Source of the DNA: Octopus vulgaris
Lineage: Eukaryota
Direction: 5' to 3'
DNA length: 64,000 bases
Assembly (NCBI GenBank): GCA_951406725.2
Contig: OX597814.1
Span: forward strand, 86,366,001-86,430,000
Shown here: in pieces, positions 38,301 to 51,517 of the stretch
How the letters are laid out: every line of letters begins with the position of its first letter
How positions within the stretch are numbered: the stretch's first letter is position 1
Notes under the pieces: model-generated
Database searches by the model: none
The model's input: only the letters and a program-made list of their open reading frames with translations
What the model was told of the DNA's origin: nothing
Made by a program: the position numbers and the translations under genes

Positions 38301-41300
38301 TTGTTCTTCATATTATTGAAATTAATTCATACTTTAAGATTAGTTGAGAAAAAAACAAGGAAAACATTAGGTGTTGTGATAAACAATGTAACTTTTATGC
38401 TAAGATTATTAGCTACCATTTGGAAGCTATTTTCCAGTGGCACTCAGAAACAAACAAAACAGTGGAGAGAGTACATGACCAGACTACAACACATACAGTT
38501 CACTTCACCACTGCATGTCAAAGATAAACTGAAGACTGGTTGGTGTATCTGGAACAAAATATAGATTTGTGCATCACATCTAGTCATTTAGGCTACATGT
38601 GTTTAGAGGTCTTCTCAATCATAGCTGACTTGGGGACTATATAATTATTGCTACAACAACGTTCAAGTGTACAGTACAACAGAATGATTTCAGACAAGAT
38701 ATGTTGTATCAATCAATGATATCATCCATTAGATAAAAAGTTTCTCTCTTTACTTCCATTAACATTCAGCTTTAAATATCTGATCTCCAATTTTTGTTAA
38801 ATCTATTCAACTCATTCATCTTATTTGTTGCCATCTTCTGTCTCTTTGGCACTCCCTCAGGATCCAGTCTGCCAGCTTTTTCGGCCACATATTGTCACTC
38901 ATACTCAGCATGTTCAGTCCAATTCCATTTGAATGATTTTTTTTTCACTTCCATACTAAACTAATTACTACATAAACCACACTCTACCAAATTTGTTTTC
39001 CCTAATTGAGATCACCTTCTCCGAATGGAGCTACATAAAAATGCAAGTTACATGCATGCGCACATGTGTGCATGTGTGTGCTTCATACAGATATTTGTGT
39101 GTGAATATATACAATACAAATACTTGTTTGTGTATATGTGTATGCAAGTGTGAATATATGTAATACAAATATTTGTGTGCGTGTTTGTGGATTGGTACCT
39201 GAATAAAACCAATACAAATATTTGTTGTAATCATGTGTATTTGAATATAAATACAATTATAAATAGATTCCATTTATAATACCAAGAGACTAACTGTTCA
39301 TCTAAAACACATAGAACACAGAATATTTGTCTTCCATACCATTCCAAACTAGGATTCTGAGTTTTAAAACATTAAAAGCAAGTTAATTTTAAATTGAAAT
39401 AAAGAAATAAACACAAAAAAATAAACAAAGAGGCAAATGAAAAATTATTTTCATTAAATTATGAAAGAATTTAATTCAAAACAGTTCCAATTTAATGCAA
39501 CATGGGAGGAGGATAAATTCCACACTGACATACAATTTTACTCAATCCTCCAAATTTGGATGGTTTACGAGAAGAACAGTCAGGGACAGCAGTAAAGAAC
39601 TAGAATTAAATTAGTACTGCTGTTTCAATTGGGTCAAAACAAATACACTGAGGACCACATCTAGGATAAGTTAGATTGTCACCATGCCCAATTTAACTTA
39701 TTGACAAAAGCTTCTCAGCTGTGTGCTCGTGTTACAAAGACAATGTGTGTTTTAAGATGTTCCAGTACCCTAATTGCTCTTATATAGTATGTTATTAGCC
39801 CAGTCGAATATTCTTAGCATCTTATCCAGATATTGCTAAACAATAAGTTTCTGTCTATCCTCTTTCTGCAACAGTAAATATTAATTTCTTTTGTTTAAAG
39901 CACAACGGTGACTATTGCAAAGAAGTATAATGGACTCAACCGTTGGAGGGACACTAAAACAAAATGACCTAGACAAAATTTGAACTCAGAACAGACAGAG
40001 TAAAACTAAAGCAAATACTGTAAAACATTAAGTCTTAATATATGCCATCTCCACCACTCCTACATTCATGTACCATTATTGTAAAACCAAGGTTCAATAA
40101 TACTTAATACACACATACAGTCTACTAGGAACTAAACTATTATAATCTTGTCAAATCCACTTATTCAGTTGTTAATTCCCATATGTCACTCATACCAATA
40201 AATACTTAGGTTTTCCTACAAAAGACATAAAAGTTAAGTGTTAGTTTGCCAAGTCAGCGCAAAATAATAACTTAGGCCCATGCAGAAACCACAGACAATG
40301 ATAACAACACTAACACGGATAATAGCTAACCTAAGTAATAATTCAGTATCACGTTAAAATGTTTGTTTCAGTTGAACTTTAATTTGTCTATCAAGCTGGA
40401 AATATTTCAGTTACTTATTTTCTTTTTGTTGTCATCGAGATTGATAATACTGATGTTATTTTCTTCTTCTTCTTCTTTTACTTCAGTTAGATAGGAAAAG
40501 AAAAGTACTGTTTTTCTTTGTCATTTTTCTAATTCTAGAAACATGTTTTTGGTTGCAACATTGAACAAAGAATTGATTACAATAGTCAAAAGATTGTATC
40601 TTGGAATCCCAGAGCAGCAACTTAATCAGCTCATCTTTTTATAGAGTTAGTTACAACCCTTAAACAAAGGAAATCTTGAAAAGTGGAACAACCAACAAAT
40701 AAATAAATAAATATATGTTAAATCAATTAGTGAACAAACATCGCTTTCTTCTTTCCACCCATCCCACCCCCTTCACTACCACTCTCAGACAAACAACACA
40801 TCAAAGAATGAAGAATTAAAATTCTCTGAATTTGAAGAAACATGATCTTAAAAATAAATTAAAAATCTCCAATTTTGACAAAACGAAAGGAATGGGAGAC
40901 TGAGCCAATTAAAGAAACCTATTTTGACACCATCGAATTAATTTTCAGTGGTGTTTATTTTTATAAATAACATATATTGAATTTAAGTGAAAACATATTA
41001 ACAAACAGCTTCTTTACCAAAACATCACAGTCTAGCCTAATCAGGGGGGCATCAGATACTGATGCAAGAAAAATAAGTCCAATTTCAATGCATTGCCATT
41101 TTGATAACTAAAGTGAAATCTGTGCCTTACAGCTACTTCTCTCTTTCTCTCTCTCTCTTACCTTTACTCCACACACACACACACACACCTAATACCATAA
41201 AATCTCTAAATGACTATAAGGTTTATTATCACATCTAGCAAGGAGAATCCATACACTATAACTTTTCATACATTAATTGTATAGTATTTGAAGTGCATCA

Positions 41301-41964
41301 TTTCATTAATTTGGTTTTAATTGATGAGATTAAACATAATTAGTTTAGCTTGACACTTACATCTATGACCTAAGATCTGAACCATCAGTCAAGACCACAA
41401 TATGGCAGGATGGGGAGGTTGTTGTTTAGCTCTAGGTCAGCTTTGATCAAACAGCCCTAGTGATCAAACATGTTCCAAATGTATATCTAGAACTACATTA
41501 TCTAATTAATGGATCACCCTTCTTTTTTTAAGACAGTAAAATGATCTTAAGGAAAGATTTGGCTGTTATTTCTAGTAGATTTAGCAACCATATCAAGGGT
41601 TGGTTGAACAATGAAGTTCGCAGCACATTTATTACATACATGTTCAAAGCACAATATGGCTTTTATTCTTGGTTTTTATCCACTGACAAGGTTGCAAAAG
41701 CAACGAAAATTTTGGAAGCAAAAATATGAATAATAAATGAGTGGAAATTGAACTGGTGTGTTAGATAATAAAGCATTAACACAATATGACTCTCCTCAGA
41801 CACAACAAAATTTATTATAGGTGTTTTGTTAAATGGTATGTAGTAACATTCTTGGTAGAACATTTGAAGAGATGCTTTATCAAGCAGTTGTTGATATATA
41901 GTTTATCTTTATGTTCAAAGTTCAAATTCTATCAAGGCCAACTTAGATTTCCCTTCCTCTGAAA

Positions 41965-42566
41965 CAGTGATTCTCAAATTCTAGATACTTTTGATTACTA
42001 TTTTATTCTTTGTGGACCTACTTTACCATTCGGTGTTTTAAAACTAGTTCAATAGATACTTCTTTCAAAATTCCCATTTTGTTTTTCAGACATTCACTTG
42101 CATAGGTTTGCATTGAACTCTCTGAGAGAACATGTTTGTGGCCAGAAACATATTCAATTATGCAATAAATGTACCATCATCATCATTTAACATCTGATGT
42201 CCATGCTCACAGTAGTTGGACGATTTGACCAGGGCTGGTAAGCTGAAGGACTGCACCAAACTCCAGTCTGATTTGGCATGGTTTCTATAGTTAAATGCTC
42301 TCCTTAATGCCAACCACTCAGAGTGTAATGAGTGCTTTTACATGCCACTGGCATCACTTGTGTAACACCAGTATCTGCCATGACTATGATTTCACTTGGC
42401 TTGATGGATATTCTACTCAAGCATGGCATATTGACAAAGGTCTCAGCCATTTGTCAGCGAAGGTTATTCACAGACCATTAATATATTACTGTGGATCCCC
42501 AGTTTACTATTTTACTAACACAGACCCCCAAAATTCTTATATGGACTCCCCAGTGGAGAACTACTG
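41965..42566. mobile_element. hAT-type MITE with a nested RTE tail (42175-42460)
   Basis: TIR cagtgattctc/gagaactactg; imperfect TSD ctctgaaa/ctctaaag. Confidence 0.65.
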
Positions 42567-43148
42567 CTCTAAAGTATCAGTAAAATGGGTACTAGTAAAA
42601 CTTGAAGAGTGAGTCATCTTACACTTATGGTCTATCAGAAGAAACCATTACTGTAGACCAATAATTCCCAAACTTGTTTTTTCACCTGTCATTATACTCT
42701 CAATATAGTCTTAGGAAGTGAGCAAAAAACATGTAGCCAAAGCTGTGTGAAAGCCAGCTGATAGAAGCCATCTTTACACTACAGAGGAATTTGGATTTGT
42801 ATCTGCAATAATTTAGGTGTTCAAAATGTATCCTGATGGATAATAGGTTTTTGGAGATATGGATAATTAGCAAAGTATCAAAAAATAAACAGCAGTAGAC
42901 ACACAAATTTGGTGACCCTTAAGTTTAGGATATTTCTTTCACTTTTTTGTCATTCTGCATTCATATGATGTAGTTGTCTGTCTACTTATCTACTTGCCTA
43001 GCTCACAGTTTGAAACCCTATCCATGTCAAACAAAATTCCTACTTACTAAGGCAAAGGAATTTACTACTGACCAGTGAGTTGTTAAAGGACTTATATTAA
43101 TATTAAAGGCCAGTTAAATACTAAAGTAACAGCATACAGACATACACC

Positions 43149-43190
<42 letters not shown>

Positions 43191-43591
43191 AGCACCATCC
43201 GAACGTGGCCGATGCCAGCGCCGCCTTGACTGTCTTCTGTGCCGGTGGCATGTAAAAAGCACCAACTGATCGTGGCCGCTGCCAGCCTCCTCTGGCACGT
43301 AAAAAGCACCCACTACACTCACAGAGTGGTTGGCATTAAGAAGGGCATCCAGCTGTAGAAACACTGCCAGATCAGACTGGAGTCTGGTGCAGCCTCCTGG
43401 CTTCCCAGACCCCGGTCAAACCATCCAACCCATGCTAGCACAGAAAACAGACATTAAACAATGATGATGATGCTGCAAGAGAGAATATAGACGCAATGCA
43501 AGCCAGATAAAGCCAACTGGATCTGACCAAATTCCAGCAAAGCTTCTTTTTAGGTTGCTCTGTAGAACGCGCACATGTGTGTGTGTTAGCT

Positions 43592-43965
43592 TTTATCTTT
43601 TACTTGTTTCAGTCATTAGACTGCAGCTATGCTGGGGTACTGTCTTCAGGAATCTTTTAGTCGATTGAACTGGCCCTAGTACTTATTTTTTTAAGCCTGG
43701 TACTTATTCTATTGGTCTCTTTTGCTGAATCACTATGTCACAGGGATGTAAACACACTAGCATTGGTTAAGCAGTGGTGGGGGGGGGACAAACACAGACA
43801 CAAACATAGACATATATGATAGGCTTCTTTCGGTTTCTATCTACCAAATCCACTCACAAGGCTTTGGTTTGCCCAAGGCTATTGTAGAAGACACTTGCTC
43901 AAGGTGTCACACAGTGGAACTGAACACAGAATCATGTGGTTGGGAAGCAAGCTTCTTTCCATGCC
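43592..43965 (-). mobile_element. SINE family A copy
   Basis: Full-length reverse-complement match to family A. Confidence 0.8.
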
Positions 43966-45803
43966 TATGTTGTCTACTTTATCTGTATTTTACTGGCAGC
44001 TTGTTTTCAAACCCTTAATGAAATTAATACAAAAGAAGAATCCCAGTATTGCTCCATAAATACAGCAAAGTATCATCAGCAGTTCATAAGCAACCAAATC
44101 ACATTCATCTTCTAGTAACAGAATGAGTATTTGAGCAAGGATCAAGAAGTACCTGCACATCTCATATAAAACAATTTATGATAAAGACTAGTACATAAGA
44201 CTCTAAGCAACACTAAAAATCTATACAGGATATCAAAAAAAAAATAATAATTTCATAGCTGATATCAGAATTATTATCACAAAAATCTATCAAGATCAGT
44301 CTTTCTAGTTATTATTTTTCTTCATCGAATATCAATGCATCAGTCTAAAAGTCTCTGAAAGTTCATTTTTAAAAATTTCCCTGTGAGAATATTCAGAGAG
44401 CATTTGTAATTATCCAAACATAAATGTAAGATTGTCTTTAGTTAGTTCAGTTTTATTGTCATTATATATACATACACAGAACAAAAGCAAGCTGCATCCC
44501 AAATAGAAGTAACAAAACTAAATAACAGCAGTAACAACAGCAAACTTATATGCACAAATTAATACAAACAAATGCAATTACTGAATTGCATAACAGTAAC
44601 ATAATTACATTAAATAAATATATTCCTGTCTGCCCACATACAAATATATACCAAGTAATAGCAGTGACTAACCTACGGAAAAAAAAATGATTTACTTTTC
44701 AGGGCTGTAAATTTTATGAAGAGAAATTACGTCGCACCATGTTCATACCTCTATAATGAGCATTATAGGAATATTAGTAGTGTCTCCCAATAAAATAGTA
44801 AACTATATTGTTGGCAGTAGTCATGTTATGCCAAATACTTTTATAAACCTTAGTTAATATTTCACATAAATTCATGAAGGAATGGCAATAATACTGTGCA
44901 GTACACATTACCAACTGCAGAACTGTCAAATCAATTAGAAAGCACTATTGTATTGCACTGCAATTCAAAAATCAAAATAGCTACAAGAAAAGTTTTATCT
45001 TTAATATAGTGAAACAGAAAAAAAATACAGATGATGCTGGGTTTAATGCTGTTTAGTCATGAGAAGCCTTCTGTAATCTAGTAAGGAACTCAGCAATGAG
45101 TTTCTATTGTTATAAGTAAGAAGGGATTCACAACTTTACATTTTACAATCTTCAATACACAACATAGTCTATTTCATGATGAAAAGCCATAATGTTTATA
45201 GAACATTTCAATAGTTCTCACACTATCACTGAAAGTAAAACACCAGTACAAAATTGTGGATTCATGAAATTGTTAGAGCACTGAACAAAATATTTTGTAG
45301 CATTTCTTCCAACTCTTTAATTCTGAATACATAGGCAGATGCAGTGAATTTGTTTATATCTACCAACAAAATGGTCTTCTTGTTAAAAACAGCTGAAGGA
45401 AGGCAACAAAAAAACTACTTTTGTTTTCACCCAAGAAAATTCCCTAATAAACACTATGTGCTCGTGGTGAAAGTCATTCATCAACAAGGTTGAGTAAGGA
45501 AACAATTTTGTCAGCCAACTCTCAATATTGTCACTGACCAAACCAACTACATCAATGCTGTGTACAAAATTCATGTTGACAGAGCAGTGAGCATGCACAC
45601 ATGAAAAGATTCCTTAAACCAACCTGCAAGGTGTCCTAGCTTCTTGAAAACTATGCTGAAAACGGGAGAGACAACCTGCACTCACAAACAGATACAAAGG
45701 TATCAACAAGCAACAAATACTCTATGCATCACCCTCTAACCAACAATGCAAGCCTAAAACAGCAATACAGTTATAACATGTAACCTTTAACGATGACATA
45801 GAT

Positions 45804-46105
45804 TCTTTTATTTGTTTCAGTCATTTGACTGCAGCCATGCTGGAGCACTGCCTAGAGTCAAGCAAATTGACCCCAGGACTTACCCTTTGTAAGCCTAGTA
45901 CTTATTCTATCAGTCTCTTTTGCCAAACCGCTAAGTATATATATGACAGGCTTCTTTCAGTTTCCATCTACCAAATCCACTCACAAGGCTTTGGTCAGCC
46001 TGAGGCTATAATAGAAGATACTTGCCCAAGGTGCCACACAGTGGGACTGAACCTAGAACAATGTGGTTGGTAAGCTAGCTACTTACCACACAGCCACTCC
46101 TGCAT
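45804..46105 (-). mobile_element. SINE family A copy with an internal deletion
   Basis: Head and tail match family A; central segment missing. Confidence 0.78.
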
Positions 46106-47055
46106 CTGATCAACTTAGATTTCTAATGTTATGAATTATCATTATTGGATGACCTAGACAAGTAAATATCTTGCTCTAAGTCACATTCACCACACACACA
46201 CTCCCCCTACCACCATCCATATATATGCAACATGAACACCCTTGATGTTTCAAGAAACTACTTCTATGTGTTAACAATAACATCTGGAATATTATCATGG
46301 CTCAGAAATATGATGTCACTTCTAACAAGTACAATACAAGTCTAAACATAATAAAATATCACTCCCAAGAGCAGAAGAAAGCTAAACTTTAATTTACAGC
46401 TGGTCTTTTTTAAACTGAAATTTTTTTTTAAACTTATATGATGATGATATGATGATATCTGCTAATAATGTGGAAGAGATTAGCTGTAAAAAAATGCTAC
46501 AGCTAGTTACCCCTAATGTACACACACACAAAGAATAAACACTTGCTTTTAGGTACTTTTGTGAGAATACCTAAAAGTGAAGGTTCGTTGCCTGGTGGTT
46601 AGGATGTTGTAGTCACAATGACAAAATCTTGGTTTCAATTTCTAACCAGGACAATGCATCTTATTCTTGAGAATAACACTTCACATACTCCAGTCCACTC
46701 AACTGTAAATGTCTATCCCTGCAATGGACCAACATTCCATTCAGTGGGGATGTTGTAACTTCTGTTACTCATACACCTTGGAACCCAGGTAACCAGCCCC
46801 GCTGAGTCCAAAGACTCAAGACAGTACTTTCAGTTTACTGTATTCCTGTGGGATACTCTTTAGTAAAAAAAAAAGTAGGAAACTATATCTCCACCAGTAA
46901 CAAATAGCTGTTGCTTAATATTAGATAAGAAGCTGGTTAAGTCCACAAACAATAGACCCTATTCAAGAGGCATTGAGAATCCAGGCAATTCTAATGCACT
47001 AAAAGTCTATCACACTCTATTCAGTAGATTTGTAGTCAAACATGTTTTAACTTAC

Positions 47056-47145
47056 CATTTATCATATTTGTCCCTTGGATAAGTATCAAACTTTATTTTT
47101 AATTTGCCATCTGAAGAGTTGATTTTAATCACAGTTCCAGAAAAC
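47056..47145 (-). CDS. MORC2: MORC2-like exon F (90 nt, phase 2/2): FSGTVIKINSSDGKLKIKFDTYPRDKYDKW, core of chromo-like domain
   Basis: Acceptor tgtacag, donor TG|gtaagt; matches the pattern of MORC2 YTGRV...KVKFD..P...DRW (recalled). Confidence 0.88.
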
Positions 47146-47654
47146 CTGTACAAGAGATTCAATAAAGGTACACTATGTAACAAACTGGCAGAGATAACAT
47201 ATCAATGTTGCTGAGTAGCAGCATTTGTTAAGTGATTTTGTGTGTATTGTTACAGGTGGCCTGAAGTCAAACAGTGCACATGTTAATACACATATTAATA
47301 CATATTAATGTGTAAATTCTAAATTCAGAGTTTAACAAACATCAGAACTGTAGTACAGAGGGTGAAGTCTAGAAGAGAAGTGTTCACCAAAAGAAATTTC
47401 TCCAAGCTATTATTAATTATTAATTATTATTATTATTATTAATTATTATTATTATTAATTATTATTATTATTATTATCGAATAAAAGAAAGAATTCAAGA
47501 AACTGGAAAGATTTTCCTTTAGCTAAGTCTGGGATGAGCATTTTCAGACACTAACTTATACTAATAAACTAGTAACAGAGATCACTTACACTTCAATCAA
47601 CCCCCTAAATTACGTTCAATTGATAGAAGGAAAAGTGATCCACTAAACAGAAAA

Positions 47655-47888
47655 GGCGGCAAGCTGGCAGAAACGTTAGCACGCCAGGTAAAGTGCTTAG
47701 CGGTATTTCGTCTGCCGTTACGTTCTGAGTTCAAATTCCGCTGAGGTCGACTTTGCCTTTCATCCTTTCAGGGTCGATAAATTAAGTACCAGTTACGTAT
47801 TGAGGTCGATGTAATCGACTTAATCCCTTTGTCTGTCCTTGTTTGTCCCCTCTATGATTAGCCACTTGTGGGCAATAAAGAAATAAGA
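47655..47888 (+). mobile_element. tRNA-derived SINE family B with a Meta-like central domain
   Basis: gagttcaaattc B box followed by gtcgactttgcctttcatcctttcagggtcgataaattaagtaccag. Copies at ~2330-2455(-), 23818-24028(+), 24055-24268(+), 25840-26020(-), 48430-48645(-), 49195-49400(-), 50690-50870(+). Confidence 0.82.
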
Positions 47889-48429
47889 AACAGTGTCATT
47901 AAAACTGACTCCTCAGTTTTAACACTTCATTCTCTACATTTTCTATAATTTTTTAATATTATTGTTAACCTCTTTGCTATTTTAATGTATTACTTTTAAA
48001 CATAAACTTGATAGTCAAAACAACTTCCTTGCTATATCAGTTTTTAATCAACGATCTAAGGGAAACAACTCTAACCATACCACAAACATGGAATATTATC
48101 TACATAGAAACGAAAATAGCTTGTATGCATTTACAGTTCAAATTCAATGCATTTCATCGACTTCAATAAAAAAAATTATATCTATATTAAACTCGTCTTG
48201 ATTAGAAACTAGCTCTTAAAATATGTATTCAATAGATGAGTGACCCGAGTAACCAACAATGACGATTTACCCCTTATTAACACAAGCCATGAAAGTTATG
48301 AACTTATTAATGATCTGGTCAATGCCCTCCCCATCCCCCCATTCCACCTAAGCAATAAGGGAGATAATTCTTACACTACCAATAAACAAAAATGTCAATA
48401 TGAAGTTTTTGAGCAGAGACAAAATATTG

Positions 48430-48645
48430 GTTTCAAATTTTGGTACAAGACCAGGAATTTCGAGAGAGCTGAGTAAGTCGATTACATTGACTCCAATGCT
48501 CAACTGGTACTTATTTCATCGACCCGGAAAGGATGAGAGGCAAAGTCGACTTCGGCGGAATTTGAAATCAGAACGTTAAAACGGACGAAATACTGCTAAG
48601 CATTTTTTGCCTGGCGTGCTAACGATTCTGCCAGCTCACCACCTT
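48430..48645 (-). mobile_element. SINE family B copy
   Basis: Reverse complement of 47655-47820. Confidence 0.8.
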
Positions 48646-48676
48646 TGGTTGAGACAAACTACTGAATCGTGTAAAT

Positions 48677-48927
48677 CAGTAGTCTTCAACTGGGGTCCAT
48701 AAGAGATTTTTATTTATTTTTTCTTTTAAAATTTACCTGCAATAAATTAGTTAAACGTCTACAATACACAGACTATTTTAATAATTATTTTATACAATTC
48801 CTAATAATATTTAATTATAAAAATATAATAGAATTTTTTAAACATCACATGGCTAGGAGGGTCTGTCAGTGTAAAATAGGAAACTAAGGGGTCCACAGAT
48901 AAATAAAAAATTGGTTGAAAAATACTG
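48677..48927. mobile_element. hAT-type MITE
   Basis: TIR cagtagtcttcaac/gttgaaaaatactg; sub-terminal ggggtcc; imperfect TSD gtgtaaat/gtctaagt. Confidence 0.7.
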
Positions 48928-49453
48928 GTCTAAGTCAACTCTACTTAGATACGTTTTTACTTATTCAACAAATTCCATAGATATCTAAGTTCAATAACAA
49001 CAACTATAATAACGATGATAATGTGATTTCTTGCTTAGCAATAAGTCTAAACAGCTACATACAATAAAGAAGTCAACTGAACAGGCACATCAGAATACAT
49101 TCCATCAACCCTCTTCAAAGAGACAAAAGACAAAAATCTACCCCAGAGAGATTTGAAATCAGTATGTAAAAGAACAAAACTGAATAGTGCTTACTAATTT
49201 TGGCACAAGGCCAACAATTTTGCGGGAGAAGATAAGTTGATTGCAGTGACCCCACTACTCAACTGGTGCTTATTTTATTGACCCTGAAGAGATGAAAGGT
49301 AAAGTCGACCTTGATGAAATTTGAACTCACAACAATAAGAAGGTTAAAATGCTGCTAAGCATTTTTTTCCTGGCATGCTAATGATTCTGCCAGCTTGCTA
49401 CACTTAGTCTAATATTGGGGAATATAAGCCATTCAATGGGAAAAAATGGGTAT

Positions 49454-49526
49454 TAGTACATGTGGGAATTGAACCCACACGTTTTATTTTCACAATAAAT
49501 GTACTGACCAATTAGACCAACTTACC
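49454..49526 (-). tRNA. tRNA-like cloverleaf, isotype undetermined; probable pseudogene or repeat-borne
   Basis: GGTAAGT TG GTC TAATTGGTCAG TAC A TTTAT TGTGAAA ATAAA ACGT GTGGG TTCAATT CCCAC ATGTACT A; A and B boxes; T6 run at 49441-46. Confidence 0.5.
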
Positions 49527-51474
49527 CACCTAAATATTAAAAAAGATATTAGTCTGATGTTTTACCATTTTTGCCTATTAAGAAGAAGCAGTAGCATACT
49601 GGATATTGATTCTATCAACTTTCTCTTGCTCCCCACTTACAAATGTATAGCTTTGACAAGAGATTAATGATTGTTAATATTGTTGTTTAGATCTGAGCTC
49701 TGATCAAGCTAACTATGAAATATAATTATAGCTGTTACAGCATAAAAGCCTTAATCAGCTTGGAGCAAGCAAGCTTATGGTGTTTAGGTAACTGATAGAA
49801 TGCACAACAGTTAGCCAATAATCCAGCAGCTGATATACTGTAGTTTAGTGCATTGGGTCTCGAGATCACACTGTGCATTGTAATACAGCACTTGAGTTGC
49901 AATGTGGTCATTAAGATATATTACAGTAGCCTAGACTGCATCTAAAAGAAAACCCTTCAAGTGATTGGCAAAGATTCACACCCCAAAAGGTAACAATCTA
50001 CTCAACAACAAAAACAGATCTTATAAAGGATTCAGAAAGAAAGTACCACCCTATTAAAAGTTAAACTGAATAAACTAATTATCATGGAAAGTACCAGTAA
50101 GAGATCCTTATCAACCAAGATAAAGTTTGAAGGAAATATTAGCCATTTTTTCTACTTTCCAAAGGTAAGCAAACAGCAAATAACAGTTGCTACCCAAGGA
50201 CAAAAATCATATTACAAACTGTAATGCTTTTGGGAAAAAGTAATGATGATTACAACCATCTCTTAACCCTTTAGCATTTAAACCAACCATATCCGGCTCA
50301 GATATTCTACCTATTTTACATTCAAACTGGTCAGATCTGGCCTCTTGTGCCTACCCTACAATGTCATTCTAAAAATAATGAATGGCATCTTTGAAATTTT
50401 AGAAGTATGAAGTAAAGAATGATTAATTCAAAACAATGTGAATAAATATGCATTATATTTGACAGATTACTCTGAATGCTAAAAGGGGTGAGATTTTAGT
50501 TTTCACAGAGAAGGCAACAGGAATATTAGACCAGTATACTTTAATTCATTATAGCAATGTTATAGTTACATAACTCAAGAAATGCATATGCTACATACAA
50601 AAAAATATTTTTTAAAAAAAGGTACTGATGAAATTATTATCATTTTGCGACTATATATAGACACGAATAAGGTGGAGAATTATAAGCATATATAATACTT
50701 AGCAACATTTCTTCCATCTCTATGCTATGAATTCCAATTCTGTTGAGATTAGCTTTTACTTTCATCCTTTTATGGTCAATAAAATAAGTACCAGTTGAAC
50801 ACTGGGGTCTGTGTAATTGTCTAACCCCTCCTCCTAAAACTATTGGCCATGTGTCAAAATCTGAAACAATTATGTTGAGTCAATATTAAATTTTTCCACT
50901 TTTTATGTAATATTGTATGTTTTTTCTAAAATCAGCCAAACAACAAAGAGACTTTAGTGGGAAACCAGATGATTATTATGGATTGGACAGTGAAATTATT
51001 AGATCGTACATTATTTAGTAATTACCTCAAAAATTTTGAGGTACCATGATGCCAGAAAACACAACAATTCCTTCATAATATACTACCTTAAGAGAGAAAA
51101 GTTGAATAATATATTCCTAAATAGGCTATGTGAGAGAAAAAACATAGAAATAGTCACAGATAGAACATTTTTGATCATAACGCAACTTGATAAGTGCTGA
51201 TCTGAAACAAGAGAAAACATAAAAATAACTTCCTCATAAACAAAATTGAAAATGCTTTAAATTAATGCCAATAAAATAATTTCCCCAACGAAATAAAAAT
51301 ATTCAAAGCATAACTTCAGTTTTAGATAATCACCATCACTTTTCTTAGAATCCCTTCTTGTTATTTTACTACTGAGTCTTCAGTAGAAAAATATAAACAG
51401 AAGGTTTGGGGGGAAAAAAACTGTCTTAAAGGAAATAAATAAAAAAGAACTTTTGTGAAAAATTGCAAACTTAC

Positions 51475-51517
51475 CATCGGCCATTGACAAGTGCTTCAAC
51501 TTGGGTGTTTACTTCCA
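51475..51517 (-). CDS. MORC2: MORC2-like exon E (43 nt, phase 1/2): MEVNTQVEALVNGRW, start of chromo/Tudor-like domain
   Basis: Acceptor ttttatag, donor TG|gtaagt; VEALVNGRW resembles the vertebrate MORC2 chromo-like motif VEVRVNREW (recalled, not searched). Confidence 0.85.

Noticed and set aside
39542-39599. Candidate alternative terminal exon after exon F (ttctag acceptor, SLLLSLTVLLVNHPNLED*)
   Set aside because: Weak pyrimidine tract, no homology, and it would truncate the chromo-like domain; no support without RNA data.
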